Assembly: GCA_964543655.1 (NCBI GenBank)
Contig: CAZIZE010000011.1
Coordinates: 1 to 61,423 of the forward strand
Source of the DNA: an uncultured bacterium
GTDB lineage: Bacteria > DYJV01
Direction: 5' to 3'
DNA length: 61,423 nucleotides
Positions 42,184 to 51,262 of the stretch are shown one piece after another. Position 1 is the first letter of the stretch; every line of letters starts with the position of its first letter. Made by a program: the position numbers and the translations under genes. The notes under the pieces are model-generated. The model searched no databases and was not told the DNA's origin. It saw only the letters and a program-made list of their open reading frames with translations.

Positions 42184-42290
42184 TACAAAACCAAATGTAA
42201 AATCCAACAGCAACCTGTTTACCATAAAAGCTGTCATTTTGAGGGCATTAGCCTGAAAAATCTCTTGCTTCAGGGTTGGTTTTGTATTAT
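42180..42290. mobile_element. 111-bp MITE-like element
   Basis: Perfect 15-bp terminal inverted repeats ATAATACAAAACCAA / TTGGTTTTGTATTAT; no ORF. Confidence 0.6.
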
Positions 42291-42294
42291 TTTT

Positions 42295-42364
42295 CTAAAT
42301 CCTAATCCCCAAATCCCAAATCCCAAATCCTAATTTAACTGTTAACTAATAACTGTTAACTATT
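42295..42364. repeat. Heptamer tandem array (10 units)
   Basis: CTAAATC CTAATCC CCAAATC x3 CTAATTT AACTGTT AACTAAT AACTGTT AACTATT. Confidence 0.85.
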
Positions 42365-42435
42365 TAAGAGTCTTAGCCCGAAAATTCTTTTGATTATAGG
42401 TTGGTTTAGTATGAGATATTTGCCTGGAAATTGTC

Positions 42436-42759
42436 TTAATATATTTCTTCCAGGGTTGCTATTTTATTTTTCAACTCTTCATTGATTTTTTTAAGTTTTG
42501 CAATCTGTTTTTTTAGATGCTCTTTATCTTGAATCAGATTGGCTTTTTCAATTTTTAAATCAGAAATCTCTTTATATAATTTTTCAACTTTTTCATTATA
42601 CTCAAAAAATTTACCCTCCATTTTTTCCTGCTCTTTTATTGCATCAGAATAGAGCTGCATAACCTTCTTATATTCACCATTTAGATAAACAATGTACATA
42701 AAAAGTATTATTACAAAAAATATTAAAAATATGCATAAAAGAAATGATATTGATGGCAT
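42436..42759 (-). CDS. Membrane-anchored coiled-coil hypothetical protein
   Basis: AAAGGAGA RBS before ATG 42759; N-terminal TM then heptad-rich K/E helix. Confidence 0.7.
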   Translation of the reverse strand: MPSISFLLCIFLIFFVIILFMYIVYLNGEYKKVMQLYSDAIKEQEKMEGKFFEYNEKVEKLYKEISDLKIEKANLIQDKEHLKKQIAKLKKINEELKNKIATLEEIY

Positions 42760-42760
42760 A

Positions 42761-43447
42761 TTAATTTCTCCTTTTTCTTTCTCCAAATATCGCTGTTCCA
42801 ATTCTAATAATTGTAGCACCTTCTTCTATGGCAATGTCAAAGTCGTGTGACATTCCCATTGATAATTCTTTTAAGTTTTCATTGTACGTTGAAAACTTTT
42901 CAAGAAGCATTCTCATTTTTGCAAATAATGGCCTAACTTCCTCTTTTTTTTCAAAAAATGGAGGTATTGTCATAAAACCAGTAATGTTAATATGTTTATA
43001 TTTTTCCATTTGCTCTAAAAAAGTTTCAACTTCCTCTTCAAAAATACCATATTTATTTGGTTCTCTGCCAATATTAATCTGTATTAGAGCATTTAAAATT
43101 CTGTTTACCTCTGTAAGTTTTTTATTAAGTTTCTCTGCTAATTTAACAGAGTCAAGAGTATGTAAAAGAGAAATTTTATCATAAATATATTTAACTTTGT
43201 TTGTCTGAACATGGCCAATAAAGTGCCATTTCACCTGGTATTTTTCTAATTTATCGTATTTTGTTAAAAAATCTTGAACATAATTTTCTCCAAAATCTTT
43301 TAACCCTGCATTAACAGCTTCTATTACTAATTCAGCAGGAAAAGTTTTTGAAACAGCAACTAATTTTACAGAATCAGGGTCTCTTCCACATTTCTGAGCA
43401 CTATTTTTGATTTTTGATAAAATTTTTTCAATATTCTCTTTAATCAT
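42761..43447 (-). CDS. yggS: PLP homeostasis protein YggS
   Basis: LVAVSKT, FGENYVQ, WHFIGHVQTNK, LSMGMSHD, GATIIRIGTAIFG. Confidence 0.96.
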   Translation of the reverse strand: MIKENIEKILSKIKNSAQKCGRDPDSVKLVAVSKTFPAELVIEAVNAGLKDFGENYVQDFLTKYDKLEKYQVKWHFIGHVQTNKVKYIYDKISLLHTLDSVKLAEKLNKKLTEVNRILNALIQINIGREPNKYGIFEEEVETFLEQMEKYKHINITGFMTIPPFFEKKEEVRPLFAKMRMLLEKFSTYNENLKELSMGMSHDFDIAIEEGATIIRIGTAIFGERKRRN

Positions 43448-43449
43448 TT

Positions 43450-44037
43450 TTATAGATTATGATAAAAATTTTTTAAATCTTCTAAAAATTCAGCAAGCGG
43501 CAATCCAACAACATTTGTGTAAGAGCCGTTAATCTTTTTAACCATAAATGCTCCAATACCTTGAATAGCATAAGCACCTGCTTTGTCATAAGGTTCATTG
43601 GTAGAAATGTACCATTTAATTTCATCATTTTTAAGATTTTTAAAAAAAACATCTGTTGTTACATATTTTGTGATTTTAGCATCTTTTTTTTTATGTAACA
43701 ATGTATATGCTGTAATAACCTTATGAGTGCTATTAGATAACATGGAAAGCATATTAAAAGCATCCTCGCTATTTTTAGGCTTTCCTAAAATTTTATTTTG
43801 AAAAAGAACAATTGTATCAAAACCAGCAATTATAGAATTTTCAAAATTTTTTGAAACATCTTCTGCTTTTTGCAAACTGTTGTTTATAACATATTGTTCA
43901 GGTGTTATAAAATCTTTTAATTCTTCTTTAAATCCTGATGGATAAACTTTAAAATTAAGATTAAGATTTTTTAAAAACTCTATTCTTCTTGGTGATTTTG
44001 TAGCTAAAATAAAATGTATATTTTTAAGGCAATTCAT
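43450..44037 (-). CDS. maf: Maf nucleotide pyrophosphatase (start uncertain)
   Basis: ILATKSPRR, ILGKP, DKAGAYAIQG, NVVGLP. Confidence 0.93.
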   Translation of the reverse strand: MNCLKNIHFILATKSPRRIEFLKNLNLNFKVYPSGFKEELKDFITPEQYVINNSLQKAEDVSKNFENSIIAGFDTIVLFQNKILGKPKNSEDAFNMLSMLSNSTHKVITAYTLLHKKKDAKITKYVTTDVFFKNLKNDEIKWYISTNEPYDKAGAYAIQGIGAFMVKKINGSYTNVVGLPLAEFLEDLKNFYHNL

Positions 44038-44671
44038 TGACAATTTTGTTAATTCCATGCTCGGCAAGCTCAAGAGCTGTTAACCACCTTCCCTTTCTTT
44101 TAAAAAAGTTAAACACATTTAAAAGATTCTTGCTTAAAGCTTTTTGCTTTTCATAGTAATCTTTTTGCCATACAATCTCTCCAGTAACAGCATTTCTAAT
44201 AACCACAACAAAATGGACTGTAGCTGGCTCCACAACTGAGTATTCGCTCCCCTTTCTTTCAATAAATTTGTAAACATATCCCTCTATTATGTAATCAATT
44301 TTGAATCTGTCAACTATATCATTAATATTTATTTGCGAAATATTTTTTTGAAAAGCATTCTCCACATCATCAAGTTCAACAGGTTCGTAATCTTTCCTTT
44401 TATTAATAAGTGCAAAATAGAACTTTGTTGCAAGCTGTCTTCCTATTAATTTGAATTCATCACTTTTATAGCTGCAAACAACAGATTTGTCAGGAGAATT
44501 ACATTTTATTTTTCTCTGAATAGTATTATTAACTTTAACAAATGGCAAAATAATAACTTTTGCTGGCTTTTTAATTATAAATTCGGTCTGTTTAATATTA
44601 TTTTTCTTATGAAAACATGCTGATAAAAAAATTAAAATTAAGATAAGAGATAATTGCCTTTTTTTCATCAC
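44024..44671 (-). CDS. Putative lipoprotein
   Basis: Lipobox LSAC after basic/hydrophobic signal; VIILPF, GEIVW pattern. Confidence 0.7.
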   Translation of the reverse strand: MMKKRQLSLILILIFLSACFHKKNNIKQTEFIIKKPAKVIILPFVKVNNTIQRKIKCNSPDKSVVCSYKSDEFKLIGRQLATKFYFALINKRKDYEPVELDDVENAFQKNISQININDIVDRFKIDYIIEGYVYKFIERKGSEYSVVEPATVHFVVVIRNAVTGEIVWQKDYYEKQKALSKNLLNVFNFFKRKGRWLTALELAEHGINKIVNELP

Positions 44672-45282
44672 ATCTCCTTTACAAAGTTTTTTAAAACTTG
44701 CAACCCTTTTTCTTGACTTTTTTCTGGGTGAAACTGAACTCCAAAAATGTTTTCTCTATTAACAGAAGATGTAAATTCTATACCATAATCTGTGGTTGTT
44801 AATATATCAGCTTCATACAGTGGCTTAACATAATATGAATGTGCAAAGTAGAAAAAATCACCACTTTTAATTTTTGATAAAATTCTACTCTTTTTTTTGA
44901 TATTAATAGAATTCCAGCCCATATGAGGCACTGGTAAATTGCCTATATCCTGAAATTTGATAACTTCACCTGCAATAAGACCCAATCCTTTATGCTCTCC
45001 AAATTCGTAGCTTTTTTCAAGTAAAACATGCATTCCAAGGCATATTCCTAATAATAATTTTCCTGTTTTAACATAATCTTTTATAGCTTCAGTAAAGTGA
45101 TATTTTTTCAAATTATTGATACAATCTCTAAAAGCACCAACTCCTGGTAGAATGACTTTATCAGCTTTTGTTAAAAATTCTGGATTGGAAGATACAAGCG
45201 GTTTGGCACCAATTTTTTCAACAGCTTTTTCTACGCTTTTTAAATTACCCATTCCGTAATCTATAATCATAATAGTTTGCAT
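44668..45282 (-). CDS. hisH: Imidazole glycerol phosphate synthase subunit HisH
   Basis: IDYGMGNL, LPGVGAF, GICLGM, VPHMGWN, QFHPEKS. Confidence 0.97.
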   Translation of the reverse strand: MQTIMIIDYGMGNLKSVEKAVEKIGAKPLVSSNPEFLTKADKVILPGVGAFRDCINNLKKYHFTEAIKDYVKTGKLLLGICLGMHVLLEKSYEFGEHKGLGLIAGEVIKFQDIGNLPVPHMGWNSINIKKKSRILSKIKSGDFFYFAHSYYVKPLYEADILTTTDYGIEFTSSVNRENIFGVQFHPEKSQEKGLQVLKNFVKEM

Positions 45283-45296
45283 AAAATTCACTCCAA

Positions 45297-45881
45297 TTAA
45301 ATTAATATTCCCTTTGTGGAAACAACTTCTGTTCCTACTATAGTAACCGCTTCCTTCATAGCATAAGCAAATGCTTTAAAAATTGATTCTAAAATGTGGT
45401 GATTATTTTTCCCATAAAAATTGTTAATGTGGAGATTGCATCTAAGATTATTTGTAAAAGCATTAAAAAACTCTTCAAAAAGCTCAATATCAATTTCTCC
45501 AACTTTACCTTTTTCAAGGTTTGTATTATACACCAAAAATGGTCTGTTTGAAATATCAATTGTTACCATACTCAAAGAGTCATCCATTGGAATAACAGCA
45601 TTACCATACCTTTTGATACCTTTAAAATCTCCAAGTGCTTTTCTAAAACCTTCTCCAAGCACTATTCCTATATCTTCAACAGTGTGGTGAAAATCAACAT
45701 TAACATCACCATCTGCTTCAATAAAGAGTGAAAAACCACTATGCTTTGCAAATAAGTCGAGCATATGATTGAGAAAACCAACAGGAGTGCTAATGTTGTA
45801 ATCAGATTTTTCAGAGTCAATATATAATTCAAGATTTATTTCTGTTTCTTTGGTTTTTCGGTGAATATTAGCTTTTCTCAT
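45297..45881 (-). CDS. hisB: Imidazoleglycerol-phosphate dehydratase
   Basis: RKTKETEI, DFHHTVED, NNHHILES. Confidence 0.97.
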   Translation of the reverse strand: MRKANIHRKTKETEINLELYIDSEKSDYNISTPVGFLNHMLDLFAKHSGFSLFIEADGDVNVDFHHTVEDIGIVLGEGFRKALGDFKGIKRYGNAVIPMDDSLSMVTIDISNRPFLVYNTNLEKGKVGEIDIELFEEFFNAFTNNLRCNLHINNFYGKNNHHILESIFKAFAYAMKEAVTIVGTEVVSTKGILI

Positions 45882-47175
45882 ATTTTTGGGTACTCCTTAT
45901 ATTTACAGAATCTGCATGGGAATATAACCCTTCTGCATTTGCAAAATTGTATACATCATTTTGCAACTCTTTAAAACATTCTTTTGATAAAGCGATTACA
46001 CTGCTCCTCTTAATAAAGTCGTAAACTCCAAGTGGTGAAAAAAACCGTGCTGTTCCGGAAGTAGGAAGCACATGATTGGGACCTGCCATATAATCACCAA
46101 CTGGCTCTGGAGAAAATTCTCCAAGAAAAATAGCTCCTGCATTTTTAATCTGAGGAAATATTTCAAAAGGATTTTTTACAAGAATTTCTAAATGCTCAGG
46201 TGCTATACTATTGGCAACTTCAATTGCCTGATTAATATCTTTTGTAATGATAATAGCACCATGATTGGAGAGAGATTTTTCTAAAATATTTTTTCTCTCA
46301 GCTCTGTTTATTTTTTCTGAAATTTTATTTTTTACTAAAAGAGCAAGCTGCTCACTATTTGTAACAAGAATGGATGATGCAAGCTCATCATGCTCTGCCT
46401 GGCTAAACATATCTGCCACAATGTAGTCAGCATTTGCATATTCATCAGCAATAATTAATATTTCACTTGGACCAGCAATCATATCAATATCAATTGTCCC
46501 AAATAAAAGTTTTTTAGCAACTGCAACATAAATATTACCTGGCCCAACAACTTTGTCAACTTTTTCAACCCAATCTGTTCCATATGCAACAGCAGCAACA
46601 GCATGCGCTCCACCTATTTTATAAAGCTTTTCTGCCCCAATAATATGTGCAGCAGCAAGTATAAGTTTACCTTTTTCTCTGTTAAATATTGGACATGTTA
46701 TAAAAATCTTTTTTACTCCAGCTACTTTTGCTGGAATACCTGTCATTAACACTGTGGAAGGATAGAGAGCTTTGCCTCCAGGTACATAAAGGGCAACTTT
46801 TTCAATAGGAGTAATTTTCTGCCCCAAAATTGTACCATTTTCCTCATAATGAAACCAGCTATTAATTTTTTGATTCTGATGATATTTTTCTATTCTAATA
46901 GCAGCCTTATCAAGAATCTTTTTATAAGTAGATTCTATAGAATTGTAAGCTTCTTTAAAATCATCTTTAGAATAAAAATAATTTTCCCTATTTAACTCAT
47001 AGTTGTCAAATTTTTTGGTAAATTTTATTAAGGCAAAGTCTTTCTCTTTAAGAACATCATCTATTATAGATTTAACAGAGGAGTAATATTCTTCAAAATC
47101 TATATTGCCTCTGTTTAACATTTTTTCAATTAATGTTTTTGATTCACTGTTATTCCAGTTTATAATTTTAATCAT
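45868..47175 (-). CDS. hisD: Histidinol dehydrogenase (likely ATG 47175)
   Basis: YVPGGKA, GPGNIYV, IDMIAGPSE, SQAEHD, APEHLE, GPNHVLPT. Confidence 0.97.
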   Translation of the reverse strand: MIKIINWNNSESKTLIEKMLNRGNIDFEEYYSSVKSIIDDVLKEKDFALIKFTKKFDNYELNRENYFYSKDDFKEAYNSIESTYKKILDKAAIRIEKYHQNQKINSWFHYEENGTILGQKITPIEKVALYVPGGKALYPSTVLMTGIPAKVAGVKKIFITCPIFNREKGKLILAAAHIIGAEKLYKIGGAHAVAAVAYGTDWVEKVDKVVGPGNIYVAVAKKLLFGTIDIDMIAGPSEILIIADEYANADYIVADMFSQAEHDELASSILVTNSEQLALLVKNKISEKINRAERKNILEKSLSNHGAIIITKDINQAIEVANSIAPEHLEILVKNPFEIFPQIKNAGAIFLGEFSPEPVGDYMAGPNHVLPTSGTARFFSPLGVYDFIKRSSVIALSKECFKELQNDVYNFANAEGLYSHADSVNIRSTQKYEKS

Positions 47176-47253
47176 GTTATTTAGAATATATAAATTTTTG
47201 CAAAAAATCAATTAAAACTTGAAAAAAAGATAATGTCGATTTATATATATATT

Positions 47254-48714
47254 ATGATAACTTACCCTGAATATTTTTCCAATGACTTCAGGTTCCTTTT
47301 TGATTCAGTTGATGAGCCAATCTTTATTCTACCCTATTCAGAAGATTTAAATGAAAATTTTTTTGCAGTTAATAAAGCAGCAACTAAAATTTATGAATAT
47401 AGTGAAGATGAATTTTTAAAACTAAAAATTAAAGATTTAATGTATTTTCCTGAAAATATAATTTTACCATTTAATGGGGAGATTCTTCATTTCTGGCATA
47501 AAAAAAAGAATGGTGAAAAATTTCCAGTTGAAGTTAAAGTGGAAAAATTTTCTTTAAATAATAAGAATTTTTTGATTTTTTTTGTTAGAGATATTTCAAT
47601 ACACAAGGAGTGTGTGGAGAATATTCAGAAAAATGAGTTGAAATTTAGAGCAATTTTTTACAGCACTCCAGATGCAGTTGTTTTGTTAAATATTGATACA
47701 GGAAAGATTGTTGATGTAAATAAAAGTTTTACCAGACACACAGGTTATTTAAGAGATGAAGTTATAGGCAAAGATTTTCTTTCACTTGATATTATTGCAA
47801 CCCCAGAAGATAGGAGAAAGTTTCTTCATAGTTTTGGTGAAGAGGATATTTTAATAAATTTTGAATTATCCTATAGAGATAAAGAGGGTAGAGTTTTCCC
47901 TGGATTATTTGCAGCATCCTTTTTTAAAATGGAAAATGAAACATGCATGCTTTTATCATTTAGAAATATTAGTGAATTAAAAAAACATGAAGTGGAATTA
48001 AAGAGGGTTGTGGAGGAAAGAACTAAAGAGTTGGTTAAAATAAATGAAGAGTTAGAAGCCTTTTCATACACAATTTCTCATGATTTAAAATCTCCTTTAA
48101 GGGCAATTGATGGTTTTTCAAAAATTCTTCAAGAAGATTACAGAGGAAAACTTGATAAAGAAGCTGATAGGTTATTAAACATAATAAGAGATAATTCTCA
48201 GAAAATGATTAAACTTATAAATGACCTTATGAATTTTTCTAAAATAACTAAAGTTCCGTTAAATAGACAAAAAATAAATTTAACTGCAATTGCAAAATCT
48301 ATCTATAATGAATTAATTCCAGAAAAAGATAAAGATAGGGTTAAATTCTATATTGATAATTTACCAGAAGCTTATGCTGACCCTAATTTAATAAAGCAGG
48401 TATTTTACAACTTAATTTCTAATGCAATAAAATTTTCTTTAAAAAAAGATGAACCTGTTATTAAAATTGGATTTATCCAAAAAGATAATGAGATTATTTA
48501 TTTTGTTAAAGATAATGGCATTGGATTTAATATGCAATACTCTAATAAACTTTTTAAAATTTTTCAGAGATTACACTCTGAAAAGGAGTATTCCGGGACA
48601 GGTGTTGGACTTTCAATAGTTGAGAGGATTATTTCACGGCACGGTGGCAAAATTTGGGCAAAATCAACACTAAATCAAGAAACCATCTTTTACTTTACCA
48701 TCCCTTTAAAGTAA
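47254..48714 (+). CDS. Cytoplasmic PAS-PAS sensor histidine kinase (start 47233 or 47254)
   Basis: Two PAS domains, FSYTISHDLKSPL H-box, NAIKF, DNGIGF, GTGVGL. Confidence 0.93.
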   Translation: MITYPEYFSNDFRFLFDSVDEPIFILPYSEDLNENFFAVNKAATKIYEYSEDEFLKLKIKDLMYFPENIILPFNGEILHFWHKKKNGEKFPVEVKVEKFSLNNKNFLIFFVRDISIHKECVENIQKNELKFRAIFYSTPDAVVLLNIDTGKIVDVNKSFTRHTGYLRDEVIGKDFLSLDIIATPEDRRKFLHSFGEEDILINFELSYRDKEGRVFPGLFAASFFKMENETCMLLSFRNISELKKHEVELKRVVEERTKELVKINEELEAFSYTISHDLKSPLRAIDGFSKILQEDYRGKLDKEADRLLNIIRDNSQKMIKLINDLMNFSKITKVPLNRQKINLTAIAKSIYNELIPEKDKDRVKFYIDNLPEAYADPNLIKQVFYNLISNAIKFSLKKDEPVIKIGFIQKDNEIIYFVKDNGIGFNMQYSNKLFKIFQRLHSEKEYSGTGVGLSIVERIISRHGGKIWAKSTLNQETIFYFTIPLK

Positions 48715-48738
48715 TTTAGAAATTTTTTGGAGAAGAAA

Positions 48739-50640
48739 ATGGGACTAAAAATATTATTAGTGGAAGATTTGCAGGAAGACGTTGAATTAATCCAGAGGGA
48801 ATTAAGGAAGTTCCCACAAGATATTATTTACAAGGTTGTTGATAATAAAGATGATTTTATTAAAGAGTTAAAAGAGTTCTTTCCAGATATAATTTTATCT
48901 GATTACAATTTACCTCAATTTTCAGGACTTGAAGCAATAGAAATAGTAAAAGAATTTAACAATGATATTCCTATAATTATTGTTACAGGCTCAATTAATG
49001 AGAATGTTGCTGTGGAATGTATGAAAAGGGGCGCATGGGATTATGTAATAAAAGAGTATTTAATGAAACTTCCAACATCTATAAAAGCTGCCCTTGAAAA
49101 GAGAGAAATAATTTTAGAAAAGAAAAAAGCAATTGAAGAACTTGAAAAAAGTGAAAAAAGATTTAAAACACTTCTAAATACAGCGCCACTTGGAACAATT
49201 GTTATTAATAAAGATAAGAAAATTATATATGCAAATCAGAGAGCACTTGAAATAGTGGAATTAACATCAGTTAAAGATGTAATGTGGAAAAATTTAATAG
49301 ATTTTGTTGATGAGGAGAATAAAGATTTTGTAATGGAACGAGTTGATAAAATTTTATCTGGTAAAAAATTACCTCCAGCAATAGAAAAGATTAAAACTAT
49401 TCAAGGTAATCAAAAATATATTAATGTTAATTCTATTGCTCTTACCCTTGATGGTGAAAACGTGGTTGTTGCTATGTTTGAAGATATTACAGAGAAAAAG
49501 ATTCTTGAGCAGAAACTTCTTCAATCTCAAAAAATGGAAGCAATTGGCAAGCTTGCAGGTGGAATAGCTCATGATTTTAATAATATTCTTACAGTTATTA
49601 ATGGTTATGCAGAGCTTATTTTAACAATGATAGATAGGGATAATTTAGTTTATGATAAAGTTTTGCAAATATACAAAGCAGGTGAAAAAGCATCCAATCT
49701 GACCAAGCAGATTTTAGCTTTTAGCAGAAAACAGTTAATAATGCCAAAAGTTTTAAATATAAATGAAATTATCAAGCAAAATTTGAAAATGTTAAAAAGA
49801 CTTGTAAGAGAAAATATAGAAATAAAAGTAGAGTTTGGTAAAGATATAGGTTTTATAAAAGCAGATCCTGTCCAGCTTGAGCAGATTTTTTTGAATCTTA
49901 CAATCAATTCAATTGATGCAATGCCAAATGGTGGCACTATAAAAATTAAAACAAGCAAGGTTCAGATAGCAGATAATTATATTGCAACAAATTTGAATAT
50001 TAAAAAAGGTTCGTATGTTTTAATAACATTTAGTGATACAGGAATGGGAATTGATGAGAAAATTATTGATAAAATATTTGAGCCTTTTTTTACAACTAAA
50101 AAAGTTGGAGAAGGGTCTGGTCTTGGACTTTCCACTGTTTATGGTATTGTAAAGCAAAATAATGGCTATATTTTTGCCAATAGCACTTTAAATAAAGGTA
50201 CCACTTTTAAAATTTTTTGGCCATTGGTTGATAAAAAAGATTTTGAAGAAAGTAAAGATAAAAAGGAAGATGTAAAATATAATAAAGGGAGCGAAAATAT
50301 TTTAATTATAGAAGATGATAAATTTGTAAGAGAAGTAATATATCTTGGATTAAAAGAATTTGGATACAATGTTTTTCAAACTGACAGCAGAGATGAAGCT
50401 ATTGGTTTAATAGAAAATGAAAATATCAATCTATTAATTACAGACATTATTATGCCTAACTTTAATGGTATTGAAATAGCCAGAGAATTGAAGACTATTA
50501 ATCCAGAGCTAAAAGTTTTATTCATCTCAGGATATGCTGATAATATTTTCAAAGATTTTTCAATTTCAAAAAAGAATTTTTTGCAAAAACCTTTCTCTTT
50601 TGAAAAATTATTGAAAAAGGTTAGAGAGCTTCTTGAATAA
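48739..50640 (+). CDS. Hybrid kinase REC-PAS-HisKA-HATPase-REC
   Basis: LLVED...SDYNLP; AGGIAHDFNNIL; DTGMG, PFFTTK, GSGLGL; C-terminal TDIIMP REC; GGAG RBS before ATG 48739. Confidence 0.93.
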   Translation: MGLKILLVEDLQEDVELIQRELRKFPQDIIYKVVDNKDDFIKELKEFFPDIILSDYNLPQFSGLEAIEIVKEFNNDIPIIIVTGSINENVAVECMKRGAWDYVIKEYLMKLPTSIKAALEKREIILEKKKAIEELEKSEKRFKTLLNTAPLGTIVINKDKKIIYANQRALEIVELTSVKDVMWKNLIDFVDEENKDFVMERVDKILSGKKLPPAIEKIKTIQGNQKYINVNSIALTLDGENVVVAMFEDITEKKILEQKLLQSQKMEAIGKLAGGIAHDFNNILTVINGYAELILTMIDRDNLVYDKVLQIYKAGEKASNLTKQILAFSRKQLIMPKVLNINEIIKQNLKMLKRLVRENIEIKVEFGKDIGFIKADPVQLEQIFLNLTINSIDAMPNGGTIKIKTSKVQIADNYIATNLNIKKGSYVLITFSDTGMGIDEKIIDKIFEPFFTTKKVGEGSGLGLSTVYGIVKQNNGYIFANSTLNKGTTFKIFWPLVDKKDFEESKDKKEDVKYNKGSENILIIEDDKFVREVIYLGLKEFGYNVFQTDSRDEAIGLIENENINLLITDIIMPNFNGIEIARELKTINPELKVLFISGYADNIFKDFSISKKNFLQKPFSFEKLLKKVRELLE

Positions 50641-50720
50641 TCTAAAAAGCAGAAAAAGCTGATTTCACCTTGGTTTAAATCAATAATTTTTCATCTTTCA
50701 ATTTCATAAAAAGAAAAAAA

Positions 50721-50749
50721 TTGACTTGTTTACATTTTGCTTGTATAAT
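50721..50749 (+). promoter_or_regulatory. Sigma70 promoter for smg-topA
   Basis: TTGACT-17 bp-TATAAT with A-rich upstream element. Confidence 0.85.
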
Positions 50750-50778
50750 AATGGTTCATTTTGCTATGGAGGTTCAAA

Positions 50779-51234
50779 TTGAAAAATAAAACATATAAAA
50801 TTTTAAACCTAATAGCCAGATATATTGCTAACCATAAAACTGTATATGAGGAAGAGCTTATTAATGACCTGCTTGATATGGGTTTTGAGCTAAAAGATAT
50901 TGATACTGCAATTTACTGGATGGAATCATTTGGAATGGATATTAGTAAAAATTTAGATATATCTGATAGTAGAAATTATGTTAGAATTTTAACTTATGAG
51001 GAGTCCAATTCTTTGACAAAGGAAGCAGTTAACTATCTATACATTTTAAAGAAGAAAGGTTTAATTGATAGTGATATGTTTGAAGATATTTTAGAAAAAG
51101 TTATTATTGCAGACCTTGACATTAAAATTGATATTGAAGAGATTAAGTTGTTAACAGCTTTGACTGCTTATAATTCAAATAACAAATTGTTTAACTATGT
51201 TGTTGAGAATGATGGAGAGGTTATTTACAATTAA
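50779..51234 (+). CDS. smg: Smg/DUF494-like protein (TTG start behind GGAGG)
   Basis: LLDMGFELKDIDTAIYW, RILTYEE, FEDILE; immediately upstream of topA. Confidence 0.75.
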   Translation: MKNKTYKILNLIARYIANHKTVYEEELINDLLDMGFELKDIDTAIYWMESFGMDISKNLDISDSRNYVRILTYEESNSLTKEAVNYLYILKKKGLIDSDMFEDILEKVIIADLDIKIDIEEIKLLTALTAYNSNNKLFNYVVENDGEVIYN

Positions 51235-51262
51235 TTGCCCTATAAAATAAAGCGAGGATTGA

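Noticed and set aside
42295..42364. Possible CRISPR array
   Set aside because: 7-nt tandem units without spacers; no cas genes
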